Program-made: the position numbers and the translations under genes | NCBI GenBank assembly: GCA_951406725.2 | Contig: OX597821.1 | Span: 60,264,001 to 60,328,000 of the forward strand | Length of the DNA: 64,000 bases | DNA from: Octopus vulgaris | Taxonomy: Eukaryota | Direction: 5' to 3' | In this document: positions 25,991 to 39,119 of the stretch, piece by piece | Layout: every line of letters starts with the position of its first letter | Numbering within the stretch: the stretch's first letter is position 1 | The notes under the pieces: model-generated | Database searches by the model: none | Told to the model about the DNA's origin: nothing | What the model saw: only the letters and a program-made list of their open reading frames with translations

Positions 25991-26036
<46 letters not shown>

Positions 26037-27192
26037 AATTAAATACAAAGCTTAAAGAGCTATTAATAGATTTATACTATTATGATACTTGAACAAGGAT
26101 ATTTATAAAATACACCATGTATGCATAAATGTAAAGTTATTACCAGTTCAAATATGCTTGGGGTATATTCAAACTTGTAAGAAAGCCATTCATGTGTTTT
26201 CTCATGGAGAAAATTTCTCGCTCTAGACAAATGGTCTAAATACACCAAAGTCAACTCACAGCACCAAATGCATGCACACACACACACAGACATGCATTGT
26301 GCAGTAGTTCTAAATGGGCATCTCCATCGTATAAACAGTGTCTGTTTCCAATCGTCACAAGAAAATATTACCTTGCTCAGAGATAGGTGAAGAGCAGCAA
26401 TAGGAAGAGCATCCTGATGTAAAAAGTCTATCGCAGCAAATAACTATTTGATCCATGGAAGCATGGAAAAGTGGACAGTAAAACAATGATAATGAAGAGA
26501 ATAAGGAAGATGATAATGATGACTAGTCAGATCTGAGCTTTGAACCTTTTCTGGAGTTGAGATTAAATTTTTATCTCAAGTCATATCACTAACCCTACCA
26601 CAAGCATTCGTTCATTGATCCTATTGTTATAAGATCACATAAATAAGCTTACAGCAAGCATCTTATTGTTGGCTCTACCACCAGTATCACATTGTTATCT
26701 TCATCACCTGCATCGCATCACTCACTCTCTCACCAGGATTATAACCCTGATTTTACATCTGCCATTACACTGCTGATTCTTCTGCTGGCAGCTCATAGTC
26801 AACCGTATTACCTGGATCGTATTGTCTAAACTTACCACCTACACATCATGCTTAATTCCACCATTAGCATTTCAGAAACAACCCTATTGCTAGCATCACA
26901 AAAATGACTGCATTGCCAGATTCCCACTGGAGCATCATTAGTCAACCCATGGCTATATTAGAAGACACTTCTCCAAGTTGTCTCACAGTGGGATGCCATT
27001 AGCAAATGAAAAATGGAAAATGAGAAATGGGTACTATTGGCAAATAAAAGTGTATAACGTGATTCAGAATACAAAGCTTTACAAAAAAACATGTACAAAG
27101 TGTTACTTCGTCGTTGAATTTTTAGATAACAAGAAATAGGAGCATGACAACTAAAACTGAGCGTTTTTTTCTTTACAGTTCGGATCAAAGAT

Positions 27193-27990
27193 TACTCTTT
27201 TACTTGTTTCAGTCATTTGACTGTGGCCATGCTGGAGCGCCGCCTTTAGTCAAGCAAATCGACCCCAGGACTTATTCTTTGTAAGCTTAGTACTTATTCT
27301 ATCGGTCTCTTTTGCCAAACTGCTAAATTACGGGGACGTAAACACACCAGCATTGGTTGTCAAGCGATGTTGGGGGGACAAACATATACATACACATACA
27401 TGTATATATATATATATACACGACGGGCTTATTTCAGTTTCTGTCTACCAAATCCACTCACAAGTAGAAGACACTTGCCCAAGGTGCCACGCAGTGGGAA
27501 TGAACCTGGAACCATGTGGTTGGCAAGCAAGCTACTTACCATACACCCACTCCTACGCCTATGGAATTCACTTTTTAAAAGTCAACTGATCATGAAAAAA
27601 TGAAGGCTTTTTAAAAAAATCTTGTATCTTTTACTTGTTTCAATCATTAGACAGTGACCATTCTGGGGCAATTCTTTCAAGAATTTTAGTTGAAAGAATC
27701 AACCCCAGTATTCATTTTTATTTTTTATATCTGGTACTAATTCTGTTGGTTTCCTTGGCTGAACTGCTAAGTCACAGGGACATAAAAACACAAACACTGA
27801 TTGTCAAGCAGTGGTGGGGGATAAACACAAACACACACACACACGGTTTCAGATTCAGTCCCACTGCCCTGCACTGTCTACCAAATTCCCCTACAAGGCA
27901 TTGGTTGACCCAGCGCTATAGTAAAAGACGCTTACCCAAGCTGCTGTGCAGAGGGATTGGACCGGAAAGCATGTGGTTGCAAAGAGAGCA
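27193..27990 (-). mobile_element. Two tandem SINE family A copies (27193-27560 and about 27625-27990)
   Basis: Reverse complements of the 14663 sequence. Confidence 0.85.
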
Positions 27991-28545
27991 CCTTAATGAA
28001 TGCTTAATAGAATTTATTTTTGTACAAAGCTGAAGAAAAATGAAAAGATAAAAAGAAAAGCTGCAACATGTTTTCAAAGTTGCTAATAATAGTCTAACAC
28101 TTTTATATTGGATGGGAATACTGCTGGTGATTTAAAATCAAAACCCATGATTTATTGATCAGAAAGCTCTTCTGCTCTTGAAAGGTTCAGCAAATATTCC
28201 TTACTAGTTTATTGGAAATCAATAAAGAAGCTGTTTTGCAAAATCTTTATTTGGAGATTGATTCAAAAATTATTTCTTTCCTAAAGTTGAATGACCTTGT
28301 AAATCTATAAATTTAAATCTTAAAATATTATACATTTTAGAAAATACTTCAGATCTACTTTTTGATATTTTAGTCAGGAGGTAGGCATTGCCAATGACCT
28401 TTTCTTCATTCTTTCCACTTCATGCTTGGTAGCACATAAGGTTTCTACTCTCTCATCCCATGCTGCCCTGCCAATAACTGTGGCCTGCACGTGATTCCAT
28501 GTTTGTTTGTTTTTCTCTATGCTGATTAGGAATCACAACCTCTGT

Positions 28546-28760
28546 GAAGGTGCATAGCTTAGTGGTTAGGGTGTCAGAATCATGACCACAAGATTGTGGT
28601 TTCATTTTCTGGACCAGGTGATACATTGTGTTCTTGAGAAAAACACTTCATTTCATGTTGCTCCAGTCCACTCAGCTGGCAAAAATTGATAACCCTGCGA
28701 CCATCCAGGTGGGGAATATATAAGCCATGAAACTGGGCAACCAGCCCTAATGAATCAGCA
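28546..28760 (+). mobile_element. tRNA-derived SINE family D
   Basis: Head 'gaaggtgcatagcttagtggttaggg', body 'tgttcttgag..acacttcatttcatgttgctccagtccactcagctggcaaaaat'. Related copies at 34400, 41285 and 60855. Confidence 0.7.
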
Positions 28761-30389
28761 TGATTTGAGAAGGTAACTTTAACCTTTTTTTTTTTTTACC
28801 TTAACCACAGCCTTTCCAAGATATTGTGGATTCTTCTAAGTGTTTCAAGTTTCTGTTATCCTTTTTTTTTCATGATCAGATGATTAGCCAAATGCCCAAC
28901 CATCAAGATGTGAAATGGGGTTCGTTTTCTGTTTGGGTATCCTTCCATAAGACAACTGCAACACTGACCATGATCACAAGCTCAATCTGTCTGGAATTTG
29001 AAATTGAATTTTCTTTTCTAGGGGATTTTATTGGATCACCAACTGAACCAGACTAGTCTGTAATTTCTGTGAAATGGGGATGCCAACAACTAGCCTTTAT
29101 GTTGTAATGAACATTTGCAGCTGTGCTGTGTTAATCATGACCCAAGTTATGTCCACTTTGCCCCATATCTCAAGAGAACATCCACATAGATATAGTGTGG
29201 AGTGCAACTACAAAGTTTACTTCTTAGGGATGCACTGAGCACTCTAAACTGGGAGTTCTTAGCTGGGCCTCCAAGACTAATGGAAGGAAGGTACCCTTAA
29301 ACTGGACACTTGACTGCTTACTACAGACTGGAGTTTTCTTAAGGTACTTGATGAACCAAGTGACAGTGTTAAACTGGGTGATTGATTAAATCTACCATCC
29401 ACCCAGGTAGGTCACATCTGGATTTGAACTCAGAATAGAAAGAGCTGGAATAGATATCACAAGACATCTGGTTCAAGTTTCAAACAGTTCTTTACAAACC
29501 AGTGTCCCTGATTGTAACATTTTTTAAATCAATTCTGAAAGAACGAAAAGTAAAGCTGACATGGTAACCTGTGTTTCCAACTTGTCTTCATTAATTTATA
29601 TCAAAATATTAAGGCTGAATAAAAATCTGTTATATGCAACAGGATCAGTATTAAATTGAAATAGCCATCAGGGTATCATACTTAATGTTAATACATCATG
29701 GAAAACAAATTTATGGCAGTATTATATAATATCTTGTATGGATGTGCTGCATTTAAGAGCACAATATATATCAGAAGCAAATGAAAATTGTCCTGGCAAT
29801 GACTGGTAGGAATGTGAGATGTATATCTTCCTTGTTGGGCACTGTCAGTAACAAGTACTCACAGCCAACTGCATGGCAAAATAAAATTTGACATCGTTTA
29901 TATAGGAAAACAATGGCTTTAGCAATGTGCTTATTTTTTAGTATGATACACAGATAACTATCAATGTTATATTTTTACCACTGCATATGACATCAGATGC
30001 AGACAATAGATTAGGTGATAGCAACATTCAAGGCTTACTACTTAACGTCTTTGCATTTAAGCCAGCAATATCCGGTCAAAATATTCTACCTGCTTTATGT
30101 TCAGACTGGCCAGATCCAGAAGCAACACTAGATTCAGAAATACATTGTGTTCCAAAGTGGACAGTTAATACAAGGGAGATAATTATTTCTTCATAATATT
30201 TGGTGGGATTAGAAGTTTGGATTTGAAATAAAGAAATTGAAGAATATGAAGATGTATAGAATTCATATTTAGAATGTTTTATGCTTTTGTTGTTGTTTAT
30301 GTATTACAAAGTCAGTGCTAATTATGGGGTAATCAGTGGTACTACTTCATCCTATTTAGAAATTATCAGCATGACATAACCACAGGTTA

Positions 30390-30785
30390 TATCTTTTACT
30401 TGTTTTGGTCATTTGACGGTGGCCATGCTGGAGCACCGCCTTTAGTCGAGCAAATTGACCCCAGAACTTATTCTTTGTAAGCCTAGTATTTATTCTATCG
30501 GTCTCTTTTGCTGAACCGCTAAGTTATGGGGATGCAAACATACCAGCATCGGTTGTCAAGCGATGTTGGGGGGAAAAACACAGACATACAAACACACACA
30601 CATACAAACACACACACATATACATATATTCAACAGACTTCTTTCAGTTTCCGTCTACCAAATCCACTCACAAGGCTTTGGTCAGCCTGAGGCAATAGTA
30701 GAAGACATTTGCCCAAGGTGCCATGTAGTGGGACTGAACCCATAACCATGTGGTTGATAAGCAAGCTACTTACCACACAGCCACT
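30390..30785 (-). mobile_element. SINE family A
   Basis: Full-length reverse copy. Confidence 0.9.
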
Positions 30786-30799
30786 AAGCATTTTATTAA

Positions 30800-31020
30800 C
30801 CCTTTAGCATTTACACCAGCCATTACCAGCCAGAATCTTCTGCCTGTTTTATTGTTCAAGCTGGACTGATCAAGCCTTTCAGACCTACTCTACAATGTCA
30901 TCTTGAAAATAAACAGTCACATCATGAAAATCACAAAGCAACAAGACAATGCATGATTAATTCAAAACAGTCTGATTAATTAAACATTATATTTAACAGA
31001 GTAATCTGAATGCTATAGGG
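30800..31020. mobile_element. piggyBac-type MITE (about 220 bp) with TTAA TSD
   Basis: TTAA|CCCTTTAGCATT ... AATGCTATAGGG|TTAA. Further copies at about 30040 (partial), 32635-32850, 33957-34180, 39775-40420 and 44778-45008. Confidence 0.85.
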
Positions 31021-31044
31021 TTAAACAAGACATTTCTAGTTGAG

Positions 31045-32070
<1,026 letters not shown>

Positions 32071-32520
32071 ACACACACATACACTGGATTGTACTTGTCT
32101 AGCAAGTGATTTGATCTTACCAGTTCAACCGTTATTATTTGCACGAGATATTTTTTGTTTGGACTGCTTTATTTTCTTTAAATTTTCTTCATTCATCAGT
32201 ATAATGTTTCTTTTTTTTTTTTTTGCTTATCCGCAGCTATTTTAGCCATCAAAACAGCCCCATCCCCAGAGCAAAAACTGTTAAATTCGCTTTTCAATTT
32301 ACTTTTTGCTTCAGTAAATAAATGAGAAATAAACTTAACTATTTTTGTGTGTTTTTAGAAGGCTAAAATGTCCATCCAGACAATTGAAAAATGCAAACAA
32401 TAGGAGAAAATGTAATTAATCATACAAACTTTTGGAATAACTTCAACATAATGAAAGCGCTGGAAAATATTAATGACGCATAATGTGAGGTTACAACTGG
32501 CAATGAAAACTGGGAAAATA

Positions 32521-33341
32521 TACCACATTTATTTGAAAAATGTGTATTGTATATAACATATACATTCTTTCAAATAAACTATCTCAAAAAACTACCCCAG
32601 GCCCCAATTTGCAAAGTTGGGCTTCCCATAAGCTTTAACCCTTTAAAATTTAAACTAGCCATATTTTACCCATTTTACAGTGATATCAGCCTGATCTGGC
32701 CTCTCACAACTATCCTACAATGTCATTCTAAAAATAGATAGTTACCACATCAAAATATCAAAGTCAAAAGATAAGGCCTAGTTAATTCAAAACAATGTGA
32801 ATAAACAAGCATTACATTTGACAGGGTAATCTGGATACTCTGGGGTCAATGTATTAAAAACTAATTTTCTTGAATATGCTTTTTTGAAATTTGGGTGCAT
32901 CAATTATGGTCATCCATCTTTTATGCTATGAAATGTGTCACATTCCTTTGTGTGTTAGGCCAATAATATATGCTATAATGCATTGAAAAAACTATTTTTC
33001 CTGAATATATATTTATGAAATAGGGGTGCTTCTAACATGACCATGCACCATTTATACCATCAAACATGGTACATTCCTACATGCATTGACCCTACATTAA
33101 CAGTCAAGCTCATATTACATGCTTTAATTTACAAAAAAAAAAAAATTTCCTAATATGCACTGCTGAAATAGGGGTGTATCTAATATGAGCATGGCTGTGT
33201 GGTAAGAAGGTTGCCTACCAACCACATGGTTCCGGGTTCAGCCCCGTTGTGTGGCACCTTAGGGAAGTGTCTTCTACTATAGCATTAGGCCAACCAAAGC
33301 TTTGTGAGTGGATTTGGTAGACAGAAACTGAAAGAAACCTG

Positions 33342-33386
<45 letters not shown>

Positions 33387-33925
33387 TTGTTTATGTGTCT
33401 GTGTTTGTCCCCCAACCATTGCTTGACATCTGACGTTGGTGTGTTTACATATGCGTAACTTAGCAGTTCGGTAAAAGACACCAATAGAATAAGTACTAGG
33501 CTTACAAAGAATAAGTCCTGGGGTCATTTTGTTCGACTAAAGGCAGTGCTCCAGCATGGCCAGTCAAATGACTGGAAAAAATAAAAGAATAAAAGAATGC
33601 TCCAGTTGTGCCATCAAACATGGGACATTCCTATATGCATTGGGCCTACATCAATAGTCAGGCCTATATTACATATATTAATGGCACTAGGAAGGGCATC
33701 CAGCTGTAGAAACTCTGCCTGATCAGATTGGAGCCTGGTGCAGCCATCTGGCTTGTCAGTCCCCAGTCAAACCGTCCAACCCATGCCAACATTGAAAGCG
33801 GATGTTAAACAATGATGATGATGATGATAATATGCAAAAAAAACAAAACAAACAAACTGAATATGTATTGCTGAAATTGGGTGCATCTAACATGTTTGCT
33901 TCTATTATACAATCAAATATTGTAA
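32521..33925. mobile_element. Probable pogo/Tc2-like element with about 4 tandem ~150-bp units, carrying a nested piggyBac MITE, SINE A (33187-33598) and RTE tail (33683-33830)
   Basis: Unit 'aatat..tgaaat(a/t)gggtgc..atcaaacatgg.acattcct' recurs at about 32872, 33003, 33152 and 33860. 5' end 'taccacattt' is roughly inverted to 'aaatattgta' at the 3' end. Confidence 0.5.
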
Positions 33926-34399
33926 TTTTTTATTGTGTAAATAATTTAGGTTGATTTAACCCTTTAGCATTCAAATTATTTTGTCAAATGTATTTTATTT
34001 CTTTACATTGATTTGAATTAATCATGTTTTATCTCATGGCTTTGAAATTTCCATGACGTGATTATTTATTTTTAGAATGACATTGTAAGGTTCATGCAAG
34101 AGGCTGGATCTGGTCAGATTGAACGTGAAACTGGTGGAATATTTTGGCTGGACATGGTTGGTTTAAATGCTAGAAGGCTATGGTTGAAGATACTGGGGCC
34201 GCATTAGAAATCACTCAACTGAGCTCATTCCTGGGAATGTCTAGAATAAGATGACAGTGATGTCAAAGTATTATTTAATTAATATGTCTTTGACATCAAT
34301 CATGAAAACATTTTAAATCTAAGGTAACAGCATGTGTATCATGAAGATGATGCCAAAATGGAACAGATGGAGCTGTGATGCAAGTGTACACACACAACT

Positions 34400-34710
34400 G
34401 GCACTGCAGTGAGGGTTGCAGTTGATTCAATCAATGGAACAGCCTGCTCGTGAAATTAACATGCAAGTGGCTGAGTACTCCATAGACACATGTACCCTTA
34501 ATGTAGTTCGCTGGGAGATTCAGTGTGACACAGTGTGGCAAGATTGGCCCTTTGAAATACAGGTACTGCTCATTTTTGCCGGCTGAGTGGACTAGAGAAA
34601 CATGAAATAAAGTGTCTTGCTCAAGAACACAACGTACCACCACTGGGAATTGAACTCTCAGTCCTATGATCATGAGCTGAATAACCCAACCACTAAGCCA
34701 CATGCCTTCA
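34400..34710 (-). mobile_element. SINE family D, near full length
   Basis: Reverse head 'aaccactaagccacatgccttc'; body homologous to 60855-61105. Confidence 0.75.
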
Positions 34711-34735
34711 CAAGTGTACACACACACATGCACAC

Positions 34736-34816
<81 letters not shown>

Positions 34817-35134
34817 CACATGTATAGTTGCAGTATGGCTAAATAGTTAAGAAATTCATTTTGCAACCACCAGGTCACTGGTTCAATCCCACTGCATGAT
34901 AATTTGGGCAAATGCCATTTTCTCCAGCCTTGGGTTGACCTGTAACTTGTGGGAGAAATTGGGTTGATTAGATCTATTTAGAATCCTGTCAAATGAAATT
35001 TAAAGGTACAGCTTTGTCATATGAACTGTACACTGCTCTGGCTTTGCCTGAGAATTATGTTCAGGGTATGCGAATCTGTGGAATACTCAGCCACTTGTGT
35101 ATTTAATGGATAGGTAATATTTATTCATGTATAG

Positions 35135-35545
35135 AGGCAGCAAGCTGGCAGAAACATTAGCATGCCAAGTAAAATACTTTGTCTACATGCTCTGAGTTCA
35201 AATTCCACTAAAGTCAACTTTGCTTTTCATCCTTTTGGGGGCCGATAAAATAAGTACCAGTCATGCACTGGGGTCGATGTAAGCAACTTATCTCTTCTCC
35301 CAAACTTGCTGGCTTTGTGCTAAAATTTGAGATCATTAATTATACATGCATATATAGGCGCAGGAGTGGCTGTGTGGTAAAAACCTTGCTTACCAACCGC
35401 ATGTTTGTAGGTTCAGTCCCATTGCATGGCACCTTGAGTATGGATCACACGTGGGACTGAAGTATCTTCTGCTGTAGCCTCAGGCCGACCAAATCCTTAT
35501 AGGTGGATTTGGTAGACAGAAGCTGAAAGAAGTCTGTTGTATATA
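35135..35545 (+). mobile_element. SINE B (35135-35335) followed by the 5' half of SINE A (35357-35545)
   Basis: Homology to family sequences; SINE A runs into the (TA)n that hosts the ribozyme-bearing inserts. Confidence 0.8.
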
Positions 35546-35749
35546 TATATATATATAAAACAAATAAGAAAATGGAGAAACAAATTTAGTTTGTTCAACT
35601 TTCAGATATTATAATGTTGGATTATTTATTCATTTAACAAAATGAGAACCTCAGTACCATACATATATATCTTATAATTCAATACATATAAGATAAGAAT
35701 ACAAATTATAAAAGTCATAATATAAATTATTGAAATCATTAAAATCACT

Positions 35750-35876
35750 CCTTACAGCTGTTTCAGCCTATGGCTAAAAGTAGTTAATTTTATTTTTATT
35801 ACCTATAGGTGTCAACATAGTTGTAGGCATTTAAAAATAGGGTACTTATATATATAACCATTGGCCTCATCAGAGG
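35750..35876 (-). ncRNA. Type-I hammerhead ribozyme motif (palindromic stem III, long stem II)
   Basis: Minus strand: CCT-CTGATGA-GGCCAATGGTTA...TAGCCATAGGCT-GAAA-CAGCTG-TA-AGG. Intact core, stem II about 11 bp, palindromic CAGCTG, GUA cleavage triplet, 3-bp stem I. Confidence 0.75.
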
Positions 35877-36214
35877 TTATAAGGAACTTTAAAAATATTA
35901 ATATTAATACATTAAACATGATACACATATGTAATATATATAAAAAATATGAACAAATATCCATATAGACATATATATATGTAATAAGAAATATTGAATT
36001 TCTAAATCTCTCGTAGAGACCTGTACGGTGGTGGGGCGATAGAATGGTTGTATACTGTCAATCTAACAAGAACGTGACAGTAGGGGGTACACCACCGTTG
36101 TATAGCCCTAGGAGGCATCGAACGCCTCCTGACAGCTTCGACACATTTTTTTCCCCTGTGTCCTTATATACATATACGAAGGGGAGACGAACACCCCCAA
36201 CTGCCAGAACTGCA

Positions 36215-36260
36215 TCTAGGGACACCGTGTTTCAGGATCATTGTCCTTCATCGGCCTAGA
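36215..36260 (-). ncRNA. Type-I hammerhead ribozyme motif (compact, U4C core variant)
   Basis: Minus strand: TCTAGG-CCGATGA-AGGA-CAATGA-TCCT-GAAA-CACGGTG-TC-CCTAGA. 6-bp stem I, 4-bp stem II, short quasi-palindromic stem III, GUC cleavage triplet. Confidence 0.8.
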
Positions 36261-36482
36261 GTAGCAGACACCGGTCGGCTGGTGATATTTGTCTGGACTT
36301 CGTATCTGTATATATGTAAACTCAGTGAAGTCTATTCACTGATTATCAAAATATACATATACATATACATATGTACACACATATACATACATGAGCAAAG
36401 TGTATATACTATTTACATGTGTAAAATACATAAATAAACACAATCCCATAGTGGGTTACACCCATATTCCCTATCTTACTTT

Positions 36483-36525
<43 letters not shown>

Positions 36526-36689
36526 TCTTTACTGTTTTACTCTTTTACTTGTTTCAGTCATTTGACTGTGGCCATGCTGGAGCACCGCCTTTAGTCGAGC
36601 TAATCGCCCCCAGGACTTATTCTTTGTAAAAGAGACTGATAGAATAAGTACTAGACTTACAAAGAATAAGTCCTCAGGTCGATTTGCTT

Positions 36690-37369
36690 GACTTGGTCAC
36701 CTAGGTAATGGAAGCTATCAACTGCTTCTAGTTTTCCTCCCTGGAATGTGGTGGAAGTTGTCCTCTGTGCATTTTCAGTGTTTATTGCTCCTGAGCATCT
36801 GTCACATACAAAAACTATCTTCCCAGTTAGCCTTCCTTTGATATTGCTGCACATCTTATGTGTCCATAGCTTACTCTGAGTACATCTTATAGAGTTTCTA
36901 CCTAGGCCTCTACTACAGATCGAGCAGGGCCATCTACCTGATGGGATTTGTGGTTTGCCTGCCTTCCTACTTATTAGGACTTTGGTTATAGCTAGGTTGA
37001 CTCTAAGGCCCTTTGATTCTAATCCTTGTTTCCACACTTAAAACTTCTTCTCTAGTTCTGATAGTGACTCAGCAATTAGAGTAAGGTCATCAGCATAGCG
37101 GAGCTCCCAGGGGCATCCTGTCTTGAATTCCTCCGTTATTGCCTGGAGAACTATGATAAATAGAAGGGGCTCAGGACTGAACCTTGGTGGACCCCTACCT
37201 CTACCCTGAATTCTTCAGTGAACTCATTGCCAACCCTCAACTTACTGACAGCGTACCTGTACATGGCTTGACCGGCTTTCACTAACCATTCATCTAGCTC
37301 TAGTTTCCTCATTGACCACCAGATAAGGGATCGGGGTGGGGGGTGGACCCTGTCAAAGGCTTTCAACAT
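36690..37369 (-). pseudogene. RTE-clade LINE reverse transcriptase fragment with PHD-like Cys/His insertion
   Basis: KAFDRV..., GVHQGSVLSP, CPWELRYADDL, GLRVNLAITKV, CSIC..CTQSKLWTHKMC..CDRC, FHYLGD. Contains frameshifts and a stop. Confidence 0.92.
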
Positions 37370-37740
37370 AATGATGATAATGATGATGATGATGATAATG
37401 GTGATGATAATGACAACAATGACGATGATGTTACATGTGCTTGATCAGAGTTGACCTGGGGCCAAAATAACGATAAATACAACAAAAAACAATACATCAT
37501 GACAAGTATGACCATCACCACCACCAACACCACCACCACCACCACTGCCGCCGTCGCCATTGCTGCCACCACACATCACCACCACCACCACCACTGCCAC
37601 TACCCACCATCACCACCACCACTGCTACCACTGCCATTGCTGCCGCTGCCACTGCCCCCCCCCCCCTGCGCCACCACTGCCATTTTTGCTGCTGCCACTG
37701 CCGCCACCACCACCACCACCACCACCACAATGACAATCCA
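37370..37740. repeat. Compound trinucleotide tract (GAT)n/(CAC)n/(GCC)n
   Basis: Direct observation; explains the poly-H/P/T/G ORFs. Confidence 0.9.
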
Positions 37741-37958
37741 ATGAATTCCAAATGCTTATCATTGATACTGTTGTCTGACATGTGTGTCTTACACATTTAA
37801 ACAAAAGCCATACATGCAAACAACAAAATGGACATAAGCAGTCCACATCCACACTGGATATGTCATCGCTTCACATTATTAACCATCTGTCTCCTTAAGC
37901 CACATTAATACTTATAAAGCCAGCTAATAATCCAGATACCTCAACATATTATTAGCTT

Positions 37959-38001
<43 letters not shown>

Positions 38002-38319
38002 CCTCTCTTTCCCACCTCCTCTGTCTCCTTTACCTTTTCTTTCGCCTCACCTACTCACTTTCTCCCTCTCTCTCTCTCCTTCAATGCCGGAGGGGATGGT
38101 GGTGGCTTTTAATGTCTTTCTACTCCTGTCCCTTGAGTCTTTCTTCAGTCCTGTCCACACCCTCACCCCAACGATAAACTTTCATTCCTTCGTCCAATGA
38201 AACACACCAGGCTCTATGTCTGAGTTTGAAAAAATATATTTTTTTAAAAGTCAGGTTCTTTCACTTATATGCGTGCACACACTTTCAAAATCTTTCAAAA
38301 CTCATACGTATGGATGCAT

Positions 38320-38477
38320 ATATGTACACACATACACACACACAAACACATGCACACACACAAACACACACACGTATACATGAAGGAACTGGGATATCTC
38401 TCTTTCACTCTCTTTTTCTTGCCCTCACTCCTGATATTTATGTGTGTATATATATACACATACACACGCACACACAT

Positions 38478-38552
<75 letters not shown>

Positions 38553-38575
38553 CACATACACACGCACACACATAT

Positions 38576-38620
<45 letters not shown>

Positions 38621-38634
38621 TATGTATATACATA

Positions 38635-38694
<60 letters not shown>

Positions 38695-38912
38695 GTATAT
38701 ATATGTAGATATATATATATATATGTAGATACTAATGTATACTAATATATATATATTTATATATATGTGTGTGTGTGTATATACACATACATACATGCAT
38801 ACATACATACACACATACATGCATGCATGCATACATACATACATACATACATACATACAAAAATACATACATGCATGCAGGCATGCATACATACATACAT
38901 GCATACACACAT
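38320..38912. repeat. Compound (CA)n/(TA)n/(TACA)n microsatellite
   Basis: Direct observation. Confidence 0.95.
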
Positions 38913-39119
38913 CCCAATTTGTTTATGTGACCTTTTGAGAACTATCTGACATGTGAACACAGTATTGGCCTGTGGGAGATAAAATTTAGAGAAATCATGT
39001 TTGTTGTTGATATTCCTGAGTTACTAATGCATAGTGAACAGTAAACTAACCAGACAGCGAATTATATATACAAAAAGAAAAAAAAATGATAAAATCAAGA
39101 AATTTATATAAATTATTTA

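Larger units (their letters stand above)
35557..36486 (-). mobile_element. One or two non-coding Penelope-like terminal-repeat inserts within (TA)n
   Basis: Bounded by (TA)n at 35540-35556 and 36487-36523, with a short TA run at about 35971. Each half carries a hammerhead motif. AATAAA near the minus-strand 3' end (about 35625-35630). Confidence 0.6.

Noticed and set aside
36020-36140. SECIS element or HDV-like ribozyme
   Set aside because: No AUGA/GA quartet with apical AA, and the helix order does not fit the HDV double pseudoknot.
37363-37852. Poly-His/Pro/Thr/Gly ORFs (also 23133-23533)
   Set aside because: Trinucleotide repeat tracts with no flanking coding signal.
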